Source: Candidatus Thorarchaeota archaeon (GTDB taxonomy: Archaea; Asgardarchaeota; Thorarchaeia; Thorarchaeales; Thorarchaeaceae). Taken from it: a stretch of 64,000 nucleotides of DNA. The number at the start of each line of letters is the position of its first letter. Positions within the stretch are counted from its first letter, which is position 1. The notes beneath the pieces were generated by a model. The model was not told the DNA's origin. It searched no databases and saw only the letters and a program-made list of their open reading frames with translations. Shown here in pieces: positions 57,376 to 64,000 of this stretch. The translations under genes and the position numbers were made by a program. The DNA lies in NCBI GenBank assembly GCA_048882325.1, contig JBHLRS010000002.1, positions 96,001-160,000 of the forward strand. Direction: 5' to 3'.

Positions 57376-58989
57376 ATGTGGGAAGGACTGACGATTGCTT
57401 TCAACATCATCGGCGGACTAGCTCTCTTTATGTATGGTGTAACTCTTCTTCGAGAAACACTTGGAAAGATATCCGGGAAAAGTGTTGTCAGGGTTCTAGA
57501 GAGAGTCAGTAACGATCCAGTGAAAGGAATGGCGGCAGGTACAGCCGCCACATTCATGACTCAGAGTTCCAGCATAACAGTACTTACCTTGATTGGATTT
57601 GTTAATGCGGGAATGATGACATTCAGACAGTCTGTGAACGTAATGCTTGGCTCTGAGATAGGCACCACTATTACTGCTCAACTTGTTTCTTTTGATGTTG
57701 GAAACATGTTTTGGCCACTTATTGCGTTTGGTTTCTTCATTAGGATGTTCTCAAAGAAAGAAAGGATTCAATTGATTGGGACTGTAATCTTCAGTCTTGG
57801 TCTTCTTTTCCTAGCAATGGCATTCATGAAGGAAGGAGCTATACCATTAATGGAGTATGATTTCTTCAATAATCTCATCAGTGATTTCGGGGTTATTCCC
57901 ATCTATGGAATCATAATCGGAGCGTTGATTGCCGGGGTGACGCAAAGTAGCTCCGCAACTACAAGCCTAGTTATCGCAATGGGTGGAGCAGGTGTGATTG
58001 ATCTTGGGGCAGGAATCGCACTTGTTATGGGAGCCAATATTGGGACATGCTTCCTTGAGCTATTTGCAGGTATTGGAGCCACGAGTCCCGCAAAACGAAC
58101 TGCAATCGCTCAGACCATAATTAATGTAGTAGGTGTTGCAATTTTCTTACCTTTTTTGAAACCATTTGAAGATCTTGTACGATTGTCTGACAATCCCAGT
58201 AATTTACCAAGACTGATTGCAAATGCGCATACCATCTTCAATGTGATAGTTAGTTTCATTTTCATTCCTCTAGTTGGTCTTCTCGTTAGATTGTGTGAAT
58301 GGCTCATTCCTGACAAACAGGGAGAGGTGATTGGAAAGCATTTCTTTGATGATGAGATGCTTCACATACCTCAAGCCGCACTTCTCGAATCTGAGAGAGA
58401 ACTACTCAATACCGCAGAGAAGACAATTGAGATGATAGTCCTTAGTAAAAATGCACTCCTCTCTAAAGACATCGATGACGCACGAAGGGTGATCCAACTT
58501 GAAGATGAGGTTGACGAGAGTTGTAGGGATACTGAGGACTTCATAGACAAAATTCGCGAGGAGGAACTAAACAATGAGGATGCTATCTGGAGGATAAAAC
58601 TTCTCGCCATTCTAACAGACATTGAACGAGTTGGAGACCTTGCATCCAACATTGCTGAGTTCGTGGTTGATAAGCTTAAGAACGGAATTTCATTCTCTGA
58701 TGAAGCAAACATTGGTGTTGCTGAAATGTTCGATTTGGTTGAGGAAACATACTCAACAGCTATCAAAGCCCTCAGGACTAGAAACAAAGACCTCGCAAGA
58801 GTTGCTGAGAAACTTGAGGATGATGTGGATGTCCTTGAACGAAAACTCAAGGTATCCCATGTCGAACGAATGCGAAATGGTGTTTGTGATCCACAAGCGG
58901 ATGCAGTATTTGTCGAAACTCTGAGAAACCTAGAGAGAATAAGTGATCATGCAGACAACATTGCGTATGATGTGATTATGGGCACTTGA
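57376..58989 (+). CDS. Na+/phosphate cotransporter with C-terminal PhoU domains
   Basis: GGLALFMYG, two QSSS motifs, GANIGT, IANAHTIFN, DIERVGD, LERISDHADNIA. Confidence 0.93.
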   Translation: MWEGLTIAFNIIGGLALFMYGVTLLRETLGKISGKSVVRVLERVSNDPVKGMAAGTAATFMTQSSSITVLTLIGFVNAGMMTFRQSVNVMLGSEIGTTITAQLVSFDVGNMFWPLIAFGFFIRMFSKKERIQLIGTVIFSLGLLFLAMAFMKEGAIPLMEYDFFNNLISDFGVIPIYGIIIGALIAGVTQSSSATTSLVIAMGGAGVIDLGAGIALVMGANIGTCFLELFAGIGATSPAKRTAIAQTIINVVGVAIFLPFLKPFEDLVRLSDNPSNLPRLIANAHTIFNVIVSFIFIPLVGLLVRLCEWLIPDKQGEVIGKHFFDDEMLHIPQAALLESERELLNTAEKTIEMIVLSKNALLSKDIDDARRVIQLEDEVDESCRDTEDFIDKIREEELNNEDAIWRIKLLAILTDIERVGDLASNIAEFVVDKLKNGISFSDEANIGVAEMFDLVEETYSTAIKALRTRNKDLARVAEKLEDDVDVLERKLKVSHVERMRNGVCDPQADAVFVETLRNLERISDHADNIAYDVIMGT

Positions 58990-59019
58990 TCATCTTTTCT
59001 CAACTTGGATCATACTCTG

Positions 59020-60468
59020 TTATTTATCAGCATCATGAAGTTTCTTTGGCTTCTCGTGTTCATGTCCGATTATACCAGGTTGAGTCATTCGTTCTGGAGA
59101 AAGTAATACATCCAACCAGCCAGCATCCAGCAAACCCTCTTCCAAGACTATTTCGCGAACAGGCCGACCTGTATCTAAAGCCTGTTTTGCAACTCGCGAC
59201 GCAGCATTGTATCCAATCACAGGATTGAGTGCTGTAACAAGACCCACACTTCGATGAACAATATCCAGACCAGCTGGATTTGGTTTGATGCCTTTGATAC
59301 ACTTCTCAGAGAATATCGGGATTGCGTTTCGAAGTACCTTTAGGGCTTGAAAGAAGTTGTAGGCAATAACAGGCTCGAACGCATTGAGTTCGAGCTGACC
59401 AGACTGAGCTGCCATAGATATGACCAAATCATGACCCATGACCTGGAAAGCAACCTGTGTGACCATCTCAGGAATCACAGGGTTTACCTTACCGGGCATA
59501 ATTGATGAACCAGGTTGCACAGGAGGGAGAATAATCTCATGAAACCCGCCGATGGGTCCCGAGGATAGGATAATGAGATCTCCAGCTATTTTCGAGAGAT
59601 TGGTTGCAATGACTCGAAGCAGTCCAGAAGCATGGACAAACTCGTCACCATTTTGAGTTTCGTCGATAAGGTTTTCCGCGGTAGTAAGTTCTTCAATCCC
59701 AGTGACGATTTTGAGATGCTTCTCTGCAAGCTTGATGTATTCTGGGTCAGCATTTAAAGAGGTTCCAATAGCAGTTGCTCCAATATTGTGAGTCTTCAAG
59801 ATGTCAATTGCCCAACCGATTCTCTTCAAGTCCCTCTTGAGAGCTCCAGACCACGCGCTAAATTCTTGGCCAAGAGTTATTGGAACAGCATCCTGCATTT
59901 CTGTCCTTCCAAGCTTTAAGATGTCCTTGAATTCTTCAGCCTTCTCATCAAGGGCATCAACTAAACCCTGTAGATTAGACAGTAAATCTCTTAGACCGTA
60001 AATTGTAGCTATCTTGATAGCGGTTGGGTATACATCGTTGGTTGACTGTGAAAGATTGACATGGTCGTGTGCTGAAACAGGACTCTCAGTATTTCTAGGA
60101 TGACCCAGAATCTCATTAGCACGAGAGGCCAACACCTCGTTCACACACATGTTGGTCGATGTTCCTGCTCCCCCTTGCAGCATGTCCACATCAAATTGGT
60201 CTTCAAGCTCCCCTGCAATCACCTCATCACATGCTTGGATTATTGCTCCCGCAAACTCTGGACTTATGTGTCCAAGATCCTGATTCGCTAAAGCACAGGC
60301 CTTCTTCACCATAGCCATAGAGTAAACCAAGTTGGAATAGTTATAGAGCCGAACAAGCGACACTCCAAAGTTCTCCTGTGCACGAAGAGTCTGGATACCC
60401 CAGTATGCATCCTTTGGAATCTGTCTTGTTCCAAGCAGGTCACTCTCTTCTCTAAATTCCTGACTCAT
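59020..60468 (-). CDS. aspA: Aspartate ammonia-lyase
   Basis: YWGIQTLRA, QGGAGTSTNM, QSTNDVYPT, GRTEMQDAVP, GSSIMPGKVNPVIPE, GQLELN. Confidence 0.92.
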   Translation of the reverse strand: MSQEFREESDLLGTRQIPKDAYWGIQTLRAQENFGVSLVRLYNYSNLVYSMAMVKKACALANQDLGHISPEFAGAIIQACDEVIAGELEDQFDVDMLQGGAGTSTNMCVNEVLASRANEILGHPRNTESPVSAHDHVNLSQSTNDVYPTAIKIATIYGLRDLLSNLQGLVDALDEKAEEFKDILKLGRTEMQDAVPITLGQEFSAWSGALKRDLKRIGWAIDILKTHNIGATAIGTSLNADPEYIKLAEKHLKIVTGIEELTTAENLIDETQNGDEFVHASGLLRVIATNLSKIAGDLIILSSGPIGGFHEIILPPVQPGSSIMPGKVNPVIPEMVTQVAFQVMGHDLVISMAAQSGQLELNAFEPVIAYNFFQALKVLRNAIPIFSEKCIKGIKPNPAGLDIVHRSVGLVTALNPVIGYNAASRVAKQALDTGRPVREIVLEEGLLDAGWLDVLLSPERMTQPGIIGHEHEKPKKLHDADK

Positions 60469-60513
60469 GAACCTCGCCACAATGCGAAATGATGCCATAC
60501 CGTTAATAGACTA

Positions 60514-62106
60514 TTAGAAGCCGGCAGCTTGGCCATCCTTTCTGTGATCAGAACCTGCAATCCATGCATCCTCTATCCTTAAGATAGCTTGACCTCCGCC
60601 AAAGTATGTATCAGTTTCGTGGACAAGTATGTGACCAAGCTTAGCAATTTCACCTTGAATGTCGGGAGGAATGCCATTCTCCAATCCGACTTTGTTGGTT
60701 TTATGCTCGTGATTAAACCTAGGACAATCCATTGCTTCCTGTGGACCCATTCCATAATCTACAATGTTACTGACAAATTGTGCATGAGCTTGAGACTGGT
60801 GTGCTCCACCCATGATTCCAAAGACCCCCATTATCTGCTTGTCTTTGTAGAGGGCTCCCGGAATTATCGTGTGGAATGGGAGTTTGTTTGGAGCATAGCA
60901 GTTAGGATGTTCGGGATCCAAGGAAAATAAGTGACCACGATTCTGAAGTTTGATGCCAGTGCCAGGTGCTACGAGACCACTACCAATACCCATGTAAAGA
61001 CTGTTGATGAAGGACACCGCATTTCCTTCACCATCAGCAGTTGCGAGATAAATGGTATCGTGTCCCAATTCAAGACCTGGGGCATAGACCTTCATAGCCT
61101 GCTGAGGATTGATTTCTTTGGAGCGCTTCTTGGCATAAGATTTCGATAACAGCTCATCTATTGGAACATCATAAAAAGAAGGATCTGCATTGTGCTGATG
61201 CAAGTCAGCATAAGCCAGCTTCTTTGCCTCAATCATTAGATGATATCTCTCAGCGCTTAGGGGAGTGAATTTTGAGAAGTCGAAGATCTCCATTATGTTC
61301 AACAGTATCAGTGCAGCAAATCCCTGTCCGTTTGGTGGATGTTCATATACATCCACACCACGATATGACGTTGAGATAGGTTCGGTTTCCTCAGTTTTGT
61401 GCGCTTCTAGGTCGTCCAGAGTAAGGAATCCACCAAACTCCTGCACTGTATTCACAATAGATTCTGCAATACGTCCTGTATAGAAAGCAGCAGGACCCTC
61501 ACTAGCTACAAGCTCAAAAGTGTCAGCTAAATCCTCGTTCTTCATTATCTGACCGATAAGAGGGACCTTTCCATTTGGAGCGTATATCTCGCGAGCAGCG
61601 GTATTTTTGAGAACTCCGGGAATTGATTTCCAGCTCTGACCGATGAGAGGAGAAACGGGAAAACCATTCCGCGCATAATGAATTGCTGGAGCAAGAACAT
61701 CAGACATCTCAAGTGAGCCGTGTTGCTCAACAACATAAAACCAAAGATGCAAAGCACCTGGAACAGTCACGGGAGGCCCACCTCGAGCAGGTATACTCGT
61801 CCATCCTTTTTCCATTAGTTCCTCAAGTGTTACAAGAGAGCCTGAATGTCCTGAACCATTATAGCTGAGAGGTTCTGTACTACCAGAGAGATGAATGAGT
61901 GTAAAAGCGTCACCACCACACCCCGTGCTAAATGGCTCAACTACATCAAGCACTGCAGCGGTTGCTACAGCTGCATCAATTGCATTTCCACCTTTGCGGA
62001 GGATGTCTAGACCCGCTTGAGTAGCTAGCGGTTGTGATGATGCAACAACACCATCCCGAGCAATAACATCAGAACGTCCAGTTGGTCTTCTCCAATACAA
62101 CTTCAT
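60514..62106 (-). CDS. ggt: Gamma-glutamyltransferase family protein
   Basis: GGNAIDAA, GGDAF, VPG, PPNGQG, HDTIYL (Thr nucleophile), LQNRG, PFHTIIP, MGG..Q, SDHRKDG. Confidence 0.92.
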   Translation of the reverse strand: MKLYWRRPTGRSDVIARDGVVASSQPLATQAGLDILRKGGNAIDAAVATAAVLDVVEPFSTGCGGDAFTLIHLSGSTEPLSYNGSGHSGSLVTLEELMEKGWTSIPARGGPPVTVPGALHLWFYVVEQHGSLEMSDVLAPAIHYARNGFPVSPLIGQSWKSIPGVLKNTAAREIYAPNGKVPLIGQIMKNEDLADTFELVASEGPAAFYTGRIAESIVNTVQEFGGFLTLDDLEAHKTEETEPISTSYRGVDVYEHPPNGQGFAALILLNIMEIFDFSKFTPLSAERYHLMIEAKKLAYADLHQHNADPSFYDVPIDELLSKSYAKKRSKEINPQQAMKVYAPGLELGHDTIYLATADGEGNAVSFINSLYMGIGSGLVAPGTGIKLQNRGHLFSLDPEHPNCYAPNKLPFHTIIPGALYKDKQIMGVFGIMGGAHQSQAHAQFVSNIVDYGMGPQEAMDCPRFNHEHKTNKVGLENGIPPDIQGEIAKLGHILVHETDTYFGGGQAILRIEDAWIAGSDHRKDGQAAGF

Positions 62107-62121
62107 GCACTCCTTTTGCGT

Positions 62122-63501
62122 TCAGTCCTTTTCCAATGGATAGTCATATTCTTTCCATGATTTCAATCCGTCTAGACTGACAGCAATGTTATCAATGCCT
62201 CTCCGCTTCAGGATGCTTGCCGCGGTAGTGGCTCTGGATCCTCTCGGACATATAGTGGTGATTATACCTTCAAACGCAACGTCTTCTGCAGCTTCCTCAA
62301 GCCCTGTGAGTGGCGATGATACAGAGTCTTCAATGCGTTCTTTATCGAATTCATGGGGTTCTCGAACATCAATTACTTTCACCTCACGTCTTGTTTGCAG
62401 GGCTCCAAGCTCATCAAGTGAAAGCTCATCGAAAGATGCGGTGTCGTGTCCACTTGCGACCCATTGCTCGAGCCCATTTCTCAGATAACCTACTATGTTA
62501 TCATATCCAATTCTGTATAGCATAGACACTGCGATTTCAAGATCATTTCGCTCTTTATGAAGGATGATAGAGAATGTCTGTGATGGTCGCAAAACCCATC
62601 CGGCAAGTAAACCCATGTTCGGAATGCCTAGACTGATAGACCCTGGAATGTGTCTTTCAAGAAATTCTGCAGCAGGTCGTGTATCGATTGCGCGATGTTG
62701 ATCTTCTTCTATTAGCTTGCTGAAACTCTCAACATCAAGGTCAGTGGGTTTAGGAAGATCGGCAACTATCGGAGGTCCTATAGTATTTAGATACTCGCAG
62801 TGCTTGAAGTACGATGCAAGAGTTAGTCGTTGCTTTACTTTTGATTCAACGAATTCATCCTCACTCATATTCAACCAGATGTTGTTTATCCTCTCAAAAC
62901 CGATTGTGGAGAACTCCCTATCACCGATGTCACCGCCGCAGACAGAACCAGCTCCATGTCCCGGATGGATAATGACTCCATCTCCCATTGGCATGACTAT
63001 CTCATGAAGACTGTTGTAGAGCTTTCGTGACATCTCCTCATGTTTCTTTTTGTCAACTAAATCAGTCCGACCTACTTCGTTTACAAAGAGTGTATCACCT
63101 GTGAATGCTACGATAGGATCAGTTCCAACGGACATATCTGCTACAACATAACATATGCTGTCATTTGTGTGCCCTGGCGTTTGTAGACATTTGACACGCA
63201 TCTTCCCAATTGTGAAAATCTCATTGTTTGAAAGACTATCATCGCCGTAACGGAAGTTAGTTTGATTTGAATGTCCAATACGAGCTGTTGGAATCATATT
63301 CTTCAGTTCAAGAGACCCTATCACGAAATCTTCGTTTCGATGAGTTTCAAAGATGTGAGTGATAATTACTTCTTCTTTATCAGCAAGATGTTTGTAGACA
63401 GAAGCATCTCGACGAGGATCGATGACCATAGCTTCTTCGTTAGAACTTACAAAATATGAGAGCGCTGAAATCCCTTCAGACTTTATAGTTCGTATCCTCA
63501 T
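62122..63501 (-). CDS. MBL-fold hydrolase fused to two rhodanese domains
   Basis: IDPRRD, ETHRNEDF, TPGHT, FTGDTLF, GRTDL, PGHGAGSVCG, HIPGS, C-terminal CPRGSRA active loop. Start ATG 63501. Confidence 0.9.
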   Translation of the reverse strand: MRIRTIKSEGISALSYFVSSNEEAMVIDPRRDASVYKHLADKEEVIITHIFETHRNEDFVIGSLELKNMIPTARIGHSNQTNFRYGDDSLSNNEIFTIGKMRVKCLQTPGHTNDSICYVVADMSVGTDPIVAFTGDTLFVNEVGRTDLVDKKKHEEMSRKLYNSLHEIVMPMGDGVIIHPGHGAGSVCGGDIGDREFSTIGFERINNIWLNMSEDEFVESKVKQRLTLASYFKHCEYLNTIGPPIVADLPKPTDLDVESFSKLIEEDQHRAIDTRPAAEFLERHIPGSISLGIPNMGLLAGWVLRPSQTFSIILHKERNDLEIAVSMLYRIGYDNIVGYLRNGLEQWVASGHDTASFDELSLDELGALQTRREVKVIDVREPHEFDKERIEDSVSSPLTGLEEAAEDVAFEGIITTICPRGSRATTAASILKRRGIDNIAVSLDGLKSWKEYDYPLEKD

Positions 63502-63613
63502 TTTGGGGCACTCTGTATCAAAGGCAGAAAACTGGCTTTTAAGATGTGAGGTCACTCTTCATTAATTCTGATAGGCAAAGATTAAACTGATGCCAATTCA
63601 TAATTGAAGTGCT

Positions 63614-64000
63614 ATGGACGAACACTGTGACACAATGGAAAGTGAAGAGGGAATCATCGCAAAGACAACACTTGATGTCCTGAGGAAGGCTGCAAAGAAA
63701 GTGCTGCATGATTACAACGAATCCATTTATGACATGGACGGAGAACCTCGCCCAGAAGGGAGCGAGATTCGCACAGGAGACACAGTTCTGTTCAAAGAGA
63801 ACATGCCAACGTGTCCAGCTAAAATTCTAGCAGTTAGAATCATCAGAGATTATTGGTACATCAATGCAACCTCTGAAACTCCAAAGGGTGGATATCCATC
63901 TGGACGGGATGCTATGAAGGCTGCTGAATTGGATGAACAGAATCTTCGTATCTTAGAGCGATTCCTTATTGATACAGCTGGAGCTGACCATGTCAAGGAA
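63614..64000 (+). CDS. Hypothetical protein, 3'-truncated by the window edge
   Basis: Manual translation is open for 129 codons (M...MESEEGIIAKTTLDVLRKAAKKVL...); no family recognised. Confidence 0.6.
   Translation, partial: MDEHCDTMESEEGIIAKTTLDVLRKAAKKVLHDYNESIYDMDGEPRPEGSEIRTGDTVLFKENMPTCPAKILAVRIIRDYWYINATSETPKGGYPSGRDAMKAAELDEQNLRILERFLIDTAGADHVKE

Noticed and set aside
1-64000. Numerous 60-180 aa antisense or alternate-frame ORFs
   Set aside because: They lie within well-supported genes, have Ser-rich shadow composition and show no motifs.

Overview
This is a gene-dense archaeal chromosomal window with no rRNA, tRNA, CRISPR array or recognisable transposase. The gene content points to an Asgard archaeon, probably Thorarchaeia (inference). 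The evidence is an ATP-dependent DNA ligase, type-2 IPP isomerase, two PurP paralogues, an ArcTGT-like enzyme, a PRC-barrel protein, GGAGG/GGTGA SD sites and TPR/WD40 proteins. Most of the window is housekeeping: a 12-kb de novo purine operon with PurC-PurS and PurE-PurM fusions, plus guaA, cobB, arcC, ridA, acdA, fni, lig, larB, aspA, ggt, transporters and a REC-multi-PAS histidine kinase. The standout locus is 6943-14216. It holds a divergent tubulin/FtsZ-superfamily GTPase with an FtsZ/CetZ-like N-domain and a C-terminus that aligns by eye to eukaryotic tubulin helices H11-H12. The GTPase sits in an apparent operon with an 896-aa helical rod protein built from ~65-aa repeats and an orphan helical protein. 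Transcribed divergently is a WD40 propeller + MIT-like + helical protein. Together these are a candidate undescribed cytoskeletal or membrane-remodelling system. A second oddity is a ~1.26-kb two-gene islet (51107-52402) bracketed and subdivided by a conserved direct repeat that duplicates the 3' end of an MFS gene. All family assignments come from motif recognition by eye; no searches were run.
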